From Haliotis rufescens (taxonomy: Eukaryota): a DNA stretch of 64,000 nt. Within the stretch, counting starts at the first letter, position 1, and each line of letters starts with the position of its first letter. The stretch lies in contig NW_025963879.1 of assembly GCF_023055435.1 (NCBI RefSeq), positions 15,438,001-15,502,000 of the forward strand. Reading direction: 5' to 3'. This document shows, piece after piece, positions 49,019 through 62,300 of this stretch. The notes under the pieces were generated by a model. That model worked only from the letters and a program-made list of their open reading frames with translations. It searched no databases and was not told the DNA's origin. The position numbers and the translations under genes are program-made.

Positions 49019-49290
49019 ACCCGTGAAGATCCCGGGGTAGAATAGGTCTTCAGCAACCCATGCTTGCCGTAAAAGGCGACTATGCTTGTCGTAAAAGGCG
49101 ACTAACGGGATCGGGTGGTCAGGCTCGCTGACTTGGTTGATGCATGTCATCGATCCCAATTGCGTGGATCGATGCTCATGATAATGATCACTGGATTGTC
49201 TGGTCCAGACTCGATTATTTACAGACCGCCGTCATATAGCTGGAATATTGCTGAAACAAACAACAACAAACAACAAACCAACCAACCAAA
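49019..49290 (+). mobile_element. Non-tRNA-headed SINE-like element (near consensus)
   Basis: ACCCGTGAAGATCCCGGGGTAGAATAGGTCTTCAGCAACCC... with double hairpin module and AAC-rich tail. Confidence 0.88.
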
Positions 49291-50006
49291 TCCTGCATTT
49301 GGAACCGTTACATGTAGAATGAAACTTTCATGGATATTAATTATATATAGCCATAGAATGTGTAGGAACACACTATAGCGATAACTTCCGTACAGAGTGG
49401 TTGCTCTCTTCAAAACATTGGTTATAATCGCTTAACTTTAACTGAGTGTTGTAGGAGGCAAGGAATAACGAATACCTGAAGACATCGACACTTATTACAC
49501 CCTCTCTATGACGTGCGTGAGTACAGGTGTTCTGTATCAGCGTACGTCATCGATGTATGAACGACGCAGACAATGACTAAAATAGATAAACTTTGGAGTG
49601 AACTTTTCCTATCAATCAGAATACATTTTATACGCAAATGTGTTTTTATCGCAGTGTGATTTGCTTGCGCAACTAACCTACTCAAAGGATCTATAAATAC
49701 ATAAACGAGTTTTTCGTGATGATCACTGGGGGACCATACACGACCCCACAATTTTCATACGTAAATACATAGCACCCTTTAAACCAACCAAAAACCGACA
49801 CATTTATTGTGTGGTATTATTGAATTGAAACCAAACACTCAGAAGAATTATTTTTGAAAAGAAATGATAGCCCAATGAGACATATAAGATGAGCTAAAGG
49901 GATCGTCCAACAATGCTGTTACATCTTGTGTAGAACTGCAATCAGGATTAACGTATTACTTCTATTAATCTTTGTTATAACATTTGAATGAACCTTTTGT
50001 CATGAA

Positions 50007-50361
50007 CCGCCTCCGTGGTCTAGTGGTAGAGCGTCCGCCCGGAGAGCGGAAGGTCCGGGGTTCGATCCCCGGCCGCGTCATACCAAAATACGTTAAACGA
50101 TGGTAATTGTTGTTACCCTGTCTGGCGCTCGGCATGAAGGGGCTAAAACAAGTACTGGTCAGCTCGGAGTCAGTATACTGTGTCTGAGTGGGGTATTCAT
50201 GTTAAACTGCAGCATGGTGTCTCAGAGGGCTAGCACTATAAATCAGCATCAGTCCGGACTAGTACAAGCAGCCACACACACACACACATGTGCATGCACG
50301 TCGCTATATAAGTGCAATAATCTTCGACGCGACGTTAAACCCAGTTTCACCTCACCTCACC
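50007..50361 (+). mobile_element. Full-length V-SINE-like element
   Basis: Near-identical to 8831-9181. Confidence 0.9.
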
Positions 50362-51053
50362 TTTCGTCTTTAGCCACGTAGGGAATCCGAGTTAGAATAG
50401 GTCCCCAGCAACCAACATGTAGGCTGGGCTTCAGCGGCGACTCCTCGTTGGACTTCTACATATACTCAGAGGAATGTACTCCCTACACCCGTGATTATAT
50501 TTAGGATAATCATTAATCAGGACGATTTACTTGGGAAACGAACCGTCCGAGTTAATAGGGTTTCATTTGCATTAAATATGATACATTGATCAGTGTGGAA
50601 TCTAGAAATGTTGATACCCCTATTCACATACGATTAGAAGTCAATCAGTCTTTATTCATGAAACCCATGAGTCAAAAGGCCTACAGTACAAACCATGGGT
50701 TTTTACAAATTCATCTTCTTTCTTAGTATTATAACATGATAAATGGACATTGATACCTGTCTCATAGTTTCGCTTCAGCCACAAGTCGTTAAGTTACAAA
50801 ATGTGTTGGCATTTTGGTTGTGGTAGAAATAGTTATTTAGATATACTTTTGCTCTTAAATCCTTATACGCGGGATATAGACATGAAAAGTGATGTCCATT
50901 CTCAATACAACCATTTTCATAATGGTAAATATCTTATAAGGTCTGTAACGAAAGGCCTTAAAAGTGCTGTGGCAGATCTACGCGTCACTGTATCCCAATA
51001 TAACCGTATCCACATTCGTATAACATGGTTTTGTTTACTTTTGATGGCCAATA

Positions 51054-51057
<4 letters not shown>

Positions 51058-51133
<76 letters not shown>

Positions 51134-51148
51134 TTATATATATATATA
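51058..51148. repeat. (CA)n then (TA)n microsatellite
   Basis: Directly visible. Confidence 0.97.
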
Positions 51149-51806
51149 ATAAAATAATAAAGCCCACGTTAGTCCATCGTCTTCTTTATATCAGTATATG
51201 ATATAACGAAGATGATGGACTAACGTGGACTTTATTATTTTATTATATATTACATGTACACCGAGTGAACATTTACCTCATTTTTGTATTATATATATTC
51301 CAGTCAGTGCGCAGGACTAAGGTTGAACATATACTCACGAATAGATAACATCTTTCTTACATCCAATACGTATGTGTCATGTCAAATGAGTTTAAGTAAT
51401 TTGTAAATTTAAATTAGAAAAACAAACGTTCTGTTCTCACATTTACAATCATCGACATCGGGGTAGTGACGTTCTGCTTTCCTGGCTATCCCCCCCCCCC
51501 CCCCCCCCCCCCCCCCCGTCTTTACTGTGTGCTGTAATTCTCGCTGGAGTCTCTGTTCTCTATCTCTCATCTCCTGTCTCTCTTCACGTAATCCACAAGT
51601 TTCCCTCCTTTGTAAAAACACAAAAACTTGTTATCTTACTTTCACGACGTAGCCTTACAAGCTCTTTTCGTTAGATGCGTGTTAAGTCGCTGGAGTGTTG
51701 CGATAAGATGTGCTTGTACTTAATATAATATGGTTGCATACGATACACGGATGTGCTGTAATTTGCAATATGTTGTAAACGTAAATGGCAGTACCTTGTC
51801 ACACGA

Positions 51807-52046
51807 ACCGTGACGATCCGGGATAGAATAGGTCTTCAGCAACCAATGTATGCCGTAAAATGCGTCTATGCTTGTCGTAAGAGGCGACTAACGGGTGTGG
51901 ATGGTCAGGCTCGCTGACTTGGTGATGCATGACATAGCATCTCATTTGCGTGGATCGATGCTCATGATATCAATCACTGGATTTTCAGGCCCAGACTCGA
52001 CTGTTTATACAGACCGCCGTCATATAGCTGGAACATTGCTGAGTGT
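51807..52046 (+). mobile_element. Non-tRNA-headed SINE-like element (diverged)
   Basis: ACCGTGACGATCCGGGATAGAATAGGTCTTCAGC...GCTGAGTG. Confidence 0.82.
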
Positions 52047-54409
52047 TTTAAAGAAATTTTAAAAAAAAACACCGAAAGAACAACTTTGTCACACATTTGT
52101 CAAACAGTGGGAAAATATGTTCATATATTCTATGCATTGTGTGACGCCCAATGGATATAGTTATTGCTGCATAATATATATATGGCCACCATATTTCTAT
52201 ATATAAGATATATAATATTTCTATATATACTACATATCTAACATGGGAGCAGCCAGCCAAATATAGCTGTCATAACATATTATTGTACATATCTCACGCA
52301 CGACATAAGTTTCCCTTGAGGCTATCGTACGCGTATGATCCAATTAGGTTTCTATTCCAGGACAGCTGTACATGCAGCAAATAAGGAAACTGAGAAACAT
52401 AGAAGATGAGTTTCACGAGAGATTTTGCACGAATCTCCATCAACAAGATAATGGACACGGCGCATAAATGTCAGATCAAGCTTCTGGTGATGTTCATGAA
52501 GTTTAATGTGGATTCTTCCAATTACTGCGTCAAACAGGGACATGTGATACAAACAAACGCGTATCAACGAGACTTATGGTCTCGTGTTTGTATGTAGAGC
52601 GAAGTGGTAGAGTTGTGTAGGTGTTGTGTACACGAGTTTCGTAATCAGCGAATGTTTCATTGCCGAGGACTTTCTATATTGAGCACGTGTCTGTGTCTTC
52701 TTTCTCAGTACCAACCGGTACATGTGTATGTGACTATAGCTTAGAACGGCAGAGTAGGTTGTCGTTATTAAGCTTAAGACCTAACATATTTCACTGATTT
52801 CATAGAACCAGCGCGAGGTGTTAAGTGGTATGGTACTAATCCTGAACTGGTATTAGTTGGTTGGCTCCTGGTTTCCACATGGAACAGGAGACAATAATTC
52901 TAACGTTTATATAGAAAGTAAGTATACACAGTTTGTTTTCATGAAATGAGAAATTGAAAGAACTGTTCGTAAACTTGATTATGCCTATTTAACCATCACT
53001 CATTCCTGCAACAGTTTCTGAAAGCTAATGTGTGGCTGGGTACTTTTGTAAAAAATAAATTGGTTTCAATAAGGGCTGGGGTAAAAAAATGAATTTCCAG
53101 CCATATGACGATGTTTGAAATGTTGTATATTTGTCCCGAAAAAGGAAAATGTATTGACTTTCTTAGATACTCATCAGCATTTGTGTGTTATGCTCTTCAT
53201 TAAATTCTGATTTTTAAAAGTATTAAATCAAATCATATTTTAAAAATAAAACCATGTAGAAGAATTCTTTGAGTGCTGACTAAGCGCCGGTTCAGTCCAA
53301 TGTATGGTTATAATATCGCCTGCGTAAATATTTTCAATCCAAAATGAAACATTTGATAAAACCAACAGAGGTATAGTTTCTTTTGCCCCTCGAGCGTTGG
53401 CTCGTCACGTGACCCGTGTTCGATTCCCCACATGGATATGATTGTGCTTTGTATATTTTGATGGGTATCCATGTCACATATGCAGTTTCCTCTTCAATGA
53501 TTAAGGCAGAACTTTCGTTATTGACTAGTCTGTCTCCATAACCAACTGAACGATATGTTTCCGTCATGGTATAGACATAACTGGAATAGTGTATGTCAAA
53601 ACAAAAATGACGTTCTGTTTGCATGTAGCATGTTCATTCTCCAAATTTATTTTGTTAGGTAACATATGGATTCATTAACACAAACTGAAAAAGAGGAAAA
53701 ACAATTGGAACAAACCAATTCTTCCCAACCAGCCGACCTCCGAAGTCTAGCCGATATGCTTTAAATGTTTGTAGTTAAGGCCTCAAATCACATAAACATT
53801 ATGTGGAAGCATCGCTACGTCAAGTGTTTGATCAATGAACTTGGTATAAGAGATATAATGCCACACATGAGGCCAGTATGTTAACGGAAGAAGAAATTTC
53901 CCAAAGGTTGAGAAAGTGCATAATGCCATTTGGATTCTCATATTTTCAAGGATTTGTTTAAATAATTGCTTTTGTGACCTGTGCAAATTTTGTACACTAC
54001 TATCTCACAAACCAAACGTAAGGAAAAACATCATTCCCTGATCCATCGGACCTTTGCCACTAAACGTGAAAGGTTCAGAACAACTTGTGAAAAATGAAAG
54101 CAAATGTCATCTGATATGTGAAAGCTGGACTTTCTCATACATTACGTCAGATTGAGGACAGGACATTTAGGAAAGAGATACACGTGGGCATGCCCATAGG
54201 AACCAATTGGAATTTCTGCTTGGATTAGGAAAATCAGTATCACCAAGAAGTGAATATTTGAACGTCGGGTACATCGGTCAAATACCCAATTTCTTTTCCT
54301 TGACTTACCCACCTGAAGCAGAAATATAAGAGGCCAGTAAAACCGCCTCATCTGTTTCATAAATATAACTGTGCACATATAATCAAGTGACAAGATACCA
54401 TCACAATAG

Positions 54410-55265
54410 GGATGATGCCTGTCAACTTACTTTTTATGTCAAGCAATTTTCCAGCAGCTCCCGACTTTGGTGTCTACTCAACTTTTGAGCATGCTCTTTC
54501 TACGAAGAGCTTAACGACCGTCATATGTCGCTTGCCCAAAATTTGTCTATTTGGAATAATCTACACCCCAGTGTCACCCACAGGGTACGAAACGTATTAT
54601 TGTGTCATTATATTGCAATTGTGTTAGATACAAAGTTTCTCTATCTTTAGTATTCAATTTGTTTAACTATCATCGCAACGTGTACGTTAGTATGAAGTAT
54701 TTGCCTTGTGTTTGTCTTACAAAGGAGTTATCGTCCTTGGATGGTTGCCTCAATTAAAATGTGTTGATGACATTGTCATTATTTCTGTATAGTATTTTTT
54801 ATTGCGTATGATTTCTGAGGAACGATACTAGAATTACTCCTTTTGTAATAGAAATGGTTTGTGTTGTTAATTTGTTGTATGTATTTATATATGTGTATAT
54901 GTTTATCTTGAACAAGTGTTTATTCCCCGTACATGTGTTTCTGGGTGTCTATCTGTCAATAGACAAAGAAATAAAGTCTCACACCCGTAGCCTGTGTCTG
55001 GTCTTCCTGTACACCTACACAATCCTGGTTACAGTAGGACAATGATAAATTTTATCAGGGTTACAGAATGTAAGGATTCAGTGAAATCTTTTAAAGTTAT
55101 TATTGACATTGGGGACATTTCCAAATTTGACGCACCAGTGACAAAACTGATGTCCGATGCAGTTCCCTATTTTGAGTACCTGTGATTTTGGGAACACTTG
55201 ACTTGCCGTTGCATGTGTTTACCTATGGGGATTCGAGAACACCTGATATCAAGTCTATTTGATAG
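54410..55265 (+). mobile_element. Scattered, highly decayed Penelope-like fragments
   Basis: MSSNFPAAPDFGVY at ~54436 and DISKFDAPVTKLMSDAVPYF at ~55113 match the 27850 and 41560 copies. Confidence 0.7.
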
Positions 55266-55989
55266 TGATAGAGAAATACAGGCTTGAGATATAGTCTGCT
55301 TTCAGAAGAGCGAGTGAGTGAGTGAGTATGGTTTTTACACTGCTTTCAGCAATATCACGGTTGAGGACAACAGAAATGGGCTTCACACATTGTACCCATG
55401 TTGAGAATCGAGATATTTTTAAGGTTTTGTCGCTTCAATTATTGGATACATCAGAAGTAGACAAAACAATAAGAGTACATTGAAGTCATGCATGTAGCAT
55501 GCATATGGATAGTGTCTTAAAACCCACACAGGCACACACATGCATGCCCGTCGCTTCATAAGTGCAATAATCTTGGACGCGACGTTAAACCCAATTTCAC
55601 CTCATAATATACGTGGCTTAATAGATTCAGACAATAAAAGGGAAGTAACTCTCTTCTAGAAAGCAGATCGTTCCTCAATTCTATAGTCCATGATGCTGAA
55701 GATAGGGTTTTACCATGCGGTATCGGAATATGTTTTGTATTACTCTTTGTCAACCGGCATTGTCAGACAATCTTCAACACATTAAAATTGGTATTCATCA
55801 TATATAATTTACCCAAATGTTCACTTTACAAAACACTTCTAAATGTTGAGGAAAATCGATAACAAGAGGATTATGAAACACGAGTAAAATGGTAAAATGT
55901 CCCAGTGGAAACCGCTGTATCTCAGGAGTTTCGTCCCTTAGTCCGAAACGTTCCCATGCCGATCCATTCGGCTTATTCCGTCAACTGAG

Positions 55990-56228
55990 GGAACAGGTGG
56001 TCCAGACGTCGCTGTCCCTTTGGTACGCCAACAACCTTTGATTGGGGGTTCAAATCCCGGTTCGCCCCGGTCATGTTTCTCTGTTTGCCTGTACCATACG
56101 CGTGTTTGTGGGTTTCACCAAAGTGGTGAACGTCTGACACCTGCATCGGCTTCCTACCAAATGCAGCTGACACGCTGTGATATAACTGGAATATTGTTCA
56201 AAGCGGCGTTAAACCTAACTCACTCACT
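55990..56228 (+). mobile_element. Leu/Ser-head SINE (diverged)
   Basis: GGGTTCAAATCCCGGTTCGCCCCGG...CGTCTGACACCTGCATC...GTGATATAACTGGAATATTG...GCGGCGTTAAAC(ACTC)n. Confidence 0.78.
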
Positions 56229-57154
56229 CCTAGGAACTGTTCATCAAAGCTATCTTAGCGCTATGACTGTCGTAAGTCAATGTTAACGTGTGGCCGTTAC
56301 TGTAGCCTAAGCGTTATCATCGCTTATTGGAACGGGGCCCAGATGGTAAATATTGTGTAAAGCATTTAGAAACAACAAAAACACTATCGCTACTACTTTG
56401 ATTACAACTTTAAAGACTGCTTCTGCTTCTACTGCTACTGCCAACGGGTCAATACTAATAAACACCCCTTTAATCAATATTAAAAGACAAAGGGATTACT
56501 GAAGGAACATTTCACCTCTCTTGTCATGAACGTTTCTTAAGGGGGTTCAATAAGGTCACTGATTGAGGTCATCATGTTAACCCAAAGGCTATTTGTTTCT
56601 CTATCGTAATAAATGAGCTACGCAGTGGACTTGCAAAATGGTGTATTTTTCCATGATCACTGACTGGCAGAAGCACTGTGTTCAGCAAACAGAGCTTTCC
56701 AGTGATTCAGATGTATACCATAGAAACAGATTCAAGGGAAAATTCATGCATATCTTCGAGGTATAGTGTATAGCACCTCGACAATATCAAATAAATGTTC
56801 TTTCCAACAGAGCACTTCATTCAACGAAACTCATTTGAAGAGCCGGAAACAAATGTCATCAGAATCCAGGCCTGAAAAGTAAGACGGATAGTGAACTCTT
56901 GAAGCGGCTTTGTCGAGTTGATCAAGATCAGGACTGCCATGAAAACAACACAAGTTTACCAATCCATAGGTAGCGTACCAATTGATCATGCTCAGATGGC
57001 TGTACCAAAAGGTGAGGACATCTTTCTCAGTCCCGTGTGTGGAAATACTGTTACGGTTACTGTTACTGTTATTGTTACTGTTCTCATCCCTCTTCCTACT
57101 CCATGTTACTTAGCGTAACCAAGGACACAAACTTTGCTTTAATAACGAGGCCTC

Positions 57155-57407
57155 AATAAGGTCTTCAGCAACCCATGCTTGCCGTAAAAGGTGACTATGC
57201 TTGTCGTAAAAGGCGACTAACGGGGTCGGGTGATCAGGCTCGCTGGCTTGGTTGATGCATGTCATCGATCCCAATTGCGTGGATCGATGCTCATGATATT
57301 AATCACTTGATTGTCTGGTCCAGATTCGATTATTTACAGACCGCCATCATATAGCTGGAATATTGCTGAGTGCGGCGTTAAACAACAAACCAACCAACCA
57401 ACCACAC
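57155..57407 (+). mobile_element. Non-tRNA-headed SINE-like element, slightly 5'-truncated
   Basis: GGTCTTCAGCAACCC, double hairpin module, (AACC)n tail. Confidence 0.87.
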
Positions 57408-58532
57408 CAAAAACACATTCGAATGGGAATACAGTCTTTTCGGCCATTACGGGGTCGAAAACATACATTAAAACACATTGAAGTCTTTTGCTTCACGAGG
57501 TCTCCTTCTCCTTGAGAAACCAAACCTGTGCCGATTTGATGTGGCACTCATTTCCGTACCCTCCAACAGTACAGAACCATCAACAAAATCAACACTGACA
57601 TTGAAATGAAAACCTACATCCTTGGCCCGTTCAAGAAAACTGTGGAATGCCTTTTTTTACCATGAGTGCTTTCATCATTTTGAACAGCTTCATAAGAGGA
57701 TCATCAGGCAAATAAATTTGCGGAAAGGGTGCACAATACAATTCTATCGTGAAGAGCCTGCACGTTAATCAAACCACGCCCTCCCATTATAATTAATGGT
57801 TGCCAATGCCCAAAATTTCTGGTTTCGTCCAATCAACAACACCAACAGAATCGGTTCGGGTACAGTATAAGTGTTTGGGCCTGTGACTTGATTATGAGCA
57901 TTTGAGCTCAGAACTCCAGATTGTCTTAAGTCTACATTTGTATTCTGCCCGAAGTTGTTCCTTGATGTTGGCATTCTGGAGTTTGTCAGGCCAAGTACGT
58001 ATAGGCCTGACCTTCCACGAGAAACCGGGGCTGAATCAGTCATATCAGAGCATTTTGCCATATGACCTAGTTTGTTATCTTGGTTTGACACTGAAGGTCA
58101 TGTGTCAGAGTGCCAACATGTATAGATTAATTGAATAATGTCTTTTCTCGAGCAAGGTGGGAGTGAAACAACTCAAAATGTTAAGCGGATTGTATTTCTT
58201 GGTGTTTTTTAGGACCAGGAACAGATGTTAATTTTCCGCTAAACATTTAGCCTAGAATATGTCAACATGGTGCATTATCTGTGAAATAAATAAAAAACAC
58301 AAAATACTTTCCATATTCATAGGAAATCTCTGCCAAAAGCAGCGTCGATTGTACGAATCCGATAACATGTATATCATAAGCATGTGTTTATAAATCACTA
58401 TCAAACATATAATCACTGACAGTATCATAATTTATTGCACAGTGACCATTCGTCAGTTGTACAGAAAACACTACTTACAACGTCTCGGTATATGCTGAAA
58501 ATGGACAACCGACTGTTGCCTCTAAAGATAAG

Positions 58533-58848
58533 ACTGCCCCCGTGTTCTAGAGGATAGAGCGTCTGCCCGGAACCCGGGAGGTCGGTGTTTCGATCCCCGG
58601 CTGTGTCATACCAACATACATTACAAGATGTATTTGTTGTCACAGTTCCCGTCGCTCGACATCAATGGGACAAAGCAAGGACTCGTAGACTCTGTCTCAG
58701 TGAGGCATCCATCATAAACTGCGGAATGTGGCAAGCACTACAAAAAGGCATTTGTCCGGACTACAAGCAGCAACACACGATCATACACGTCGCTATGCGT
58801 GCAATAATTGGAATGCGACGTTAAATCCCATTTCACCTCATTTCACCT
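58533..58848 (+). mobile_element. Older diverged V-SINE-like element
   Basis: Collinear with 8831-9181, with many substitutions. Confidence 0.8.
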
Positions 58849-58916
58849 CGGAGGGACTACCCAGATTTCATCGTGGCTTTATGAGTGAAATAATAACGAT
58901 GCGATGTTAAATATTT

Positions 58917-58975
58917 CACTCACTCACTCACTCACTCACTCACTCACTCACTCACTCACTCACTCACTCACTCAC
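58917..58975. repeat. (ACTC)n microsatellite, probably a SINE tail
   Basis: Preceded by GCGATGTTAAA, which resembles the SINE 3' end. Confidence 0.9.
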
Positions 58976-59384
58976 CAGGTTCATCCAGTATACGAGTTTC
59001 TTTCTTACTTAAAGCGACAAAACTCTTTCCAGAATCCTAATTAATATGATTCCGACTATAAAACGTGAAGCCACATTATTCTGTTCCAGTATTTCTGTGA
59101 GAGTTATTTTATATTAAAAATTAGTTATTTATAAAACAATCAATAGCACTGCTGTCCATAGCATGAAGGAAATTTTTGCAAGGCCATCTGTTTATCTATA
59201 GGCATTGTGAAAGTCCTGAACCTTCAGATAAGAACCCAGACCAGACATGCGGGGTCAGCATGGGGTTGAATGCCAAATACTAAGGCCGGGCATGACAATG
59301 ATCACTTTACTGAGAATCTGTTCCTACCCTTAAAAAATTCCCAAAGCATTGACATAGTGTCTGGTAGGATTTTTTTCAGGTTAA

Positions 59385-62300
59385 AGGGCAAGTTCACACG
59401 AAAATAAACCTATTTTTCTTGTACTTTTTCATCATGAAAAGTATTTACCTAGTAGTTTCGGAGGCAAAACAATAAAAAATATCACACGTATCTAATTTAT
59501 TTTATTCATAAAATCGGTTCATATTTGTCACATTTACAGAGAGTTCTATTTCCATAATAAACACACCATGGCTTATGCCCCTTGCAATATGACGTCAATT
59601 GTGCCAATTGATAAAGGAATGACGTCATAAGACTTAATTAGACGCGTTTCACGTGGTGAATGTAGAGGTGTGTGGTTCTATCTTCTCAAATGCGCAGCCT
59701 ATTGTTTTGTTCGGTGCCGAGCTGTCCAAGATACAACGCTAAGCACAATTATTTTTCGTTTTCGAAAATCGCGACTGAGAAGACAACAATGCATGGATAA
59801 CATACTGTAAGATTCGCGATTATGGTTGGAAGGGTCCGTTGTATGATGCGCTTATTCGTTCATTTGTGTTGCGCATATTGGCTCTTGCTGAGTTGCTGTC
59901 ATCTTCAGTGAGAGTTTAGATACCTGCTGGTTCTGAAACCATATGTAATATATCCAGTCACTATCCAAAATCATCGCCCACCCACCACCCAAAATATTCA
60001 AATTTCATGTTCAATGCAATTTACACACATATAAAGTTTATAGCTCATTTATACATGAAAAAAAATCAAGTTACCATTTTTTAATTTTGTGATAGTGAGA
60101 TATAGATGACAAAAGTGTTAATGTTTCTATGTTGTGTCTTTCAAATTTGAAGTTTCGAGCCAAGTCATGCCAGACAACGATGCCCAGAAAGTACAGGTCC
60201 TATGTCCATCATGGTGTACAGTCGCTGTCCAATGTACACCAGAAGCATGGCACACCGTGCTTAACAGTATAAAGTACAAAAGAATATTTTGACAATAAAT
60301 AATCACACAATGTAAATACTATACGCAAATAATTTCTGTATTGAACTATTTTGTGTATCTATTATATTCTATATTGTTGTAAAAGTGTAGTGTGGAGAAC
60401 AAATGAAAGTATGCTGTGAATGACAGAATGATATTTGTATTCAGGCACCTAGTAACATGCCTGACACTGCTGAAGATTATTACCACCTTCTCTTACAATT
60501 ATTTAGTCAGTGTACATATTATTTTGACAAATTTATGTTAAAATTATTTTTATATTTTTTAGGTCCCACAATGATTATATGGAAGAGTATAAATGCGACG
60601 AAACCCTTTCCATATTCAAATGAAATCTCTGTAAAAAACAGAGTCGATGGTACGATTCTGACTAAATCATGAGCACGTGTTAATGAATCGCTATCAAATA
60701 GTGATAATACTAGGTGTTCGCGATAGGTGAGAGTATCCTGGCCCACCGGTGTCAGAAGAAATCCCTAGTGTTGAGATCCATTTTCACTCTGTGCAAATTG
60801 TGGTTATTTTCATGCAGAGTTACAAGTTACAAATATTAGAGTGTCTTGTGAGGTACAGTGCTTTAGACAACAAGAGAGCTGTACTTTTGAAATAGTCAAC
60901 CAGTGCACTAACACGTTGCCACTGAGCATTTAGCCAGTGCTTGTGATATTTTCTTTTCCCCGGCCTTCGCCCTTGCGCAAAACTACCTCATCCAGCATCA
61001 GCTACCCTGTATCACAGAAACTTATCAAATGAAACAGCAAAGGCTGATTTTGTTGTCAGAGACCATAAAACAAGATTTCAATAAAAAAAAGTTTATTTTA
61101 ATGAGCATAGAGAAAAGCATAACACACATCGGATGGAAATCTTTCACTAATCACCTCTACAACACAAGATGGAATAACTTTTCTCTGATTCTTCAACTAT
61201 TTCTGCAAATCCCAAAAGTGAACCTCATGTTTATGAGGTGTAGATAGATTCTGAAATGAAAAAGTGTCTTTTATTAGTCAAGCTATACATAACATTACAA
61301 AAAATATCATACCATTTACATATATATTTTTGTCATTCAATCTGGAGGGATGCCTATATAAGAAGTAACTTGTATTGATGATATATGCATAATTTTTATT
61401 ACATGTTAATAATTCAATAAATACCAAAACAGTTTATAGTTCTATCATGTCGACATGATGTGTTTATTACTATAGGTTTGAATACTTCTTGAAATATTGT
61501 GGGCATGTTTCAATATCACTGATGTAATTTAATAACCTTACAAGTTACATATGCTTTCACAACTTGCTGGCAAATAAACATTTATGGTACTGGAGATTTA
61601 TTTTACTTGTCAGATTTGTTTGTTGTGCATGATAGATCTTAAAATGCATAATAAAATAAACTGATGAAAGTAAGTCATGTTGTATGTTTTCTAAACTTTA
61701 TTTCAAGTGTTAACATATAAAAGGATGGTGAGGTAGCCTCATAATAGATGATAAATAGTTTCCCTGCAAAGTTGCAATGCATTTTCTATGAATGGTTGTC
61801 AGAACAAACCAATAACCAATTATTAATTAAATAGAATAAGATACTGTAGGCCTACTGCAGTAACTGGTTTCAAACACTAAACACATCAAATTAATGATCT
61901 ATCTTTTCACTTTCAAATGGGGACGGTGTGAAGTGTGAAGTGTGAAGTACGACATCCAGTTACTTGTCAATAAATATGGCAGGTATTTTGAACTCGGATG
62001 GGAAAAAAACAAAAAGAATCTTTTTTTCCACCAGTACGTTTCCACTCGGCAACCGACTTTAGAAACATACTGTTACTCTAAGCATATGGTCTCGTCATCA
62101 GCTGGTAGGCCTAATGTGTAATCTTGTTGAGACAACGTTTGGCGACAGATCGTATTTGTTTCTTGATGTTGGCAAGTAGCATTGATCTGTAGCCTATAGG
62201 TGGTGGGAATAGTTACATCTAAAACAGACAAACTCAGATTGTCGACAATGCCGATACCGGCGATAGAACAGGGTGGGACAGGATGAATAGGCCTGCTGAC

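Noticed and set aside
49019-49115. HDV-like ribozyme reading of the non-tRNA element head (L3-like TCTTCAGC, J4/2-like CTAA)
   Set aside because: The required P1 and P2 pairings could not be built in HDV topology. Kept only as an unclassified structured RNA candidate.
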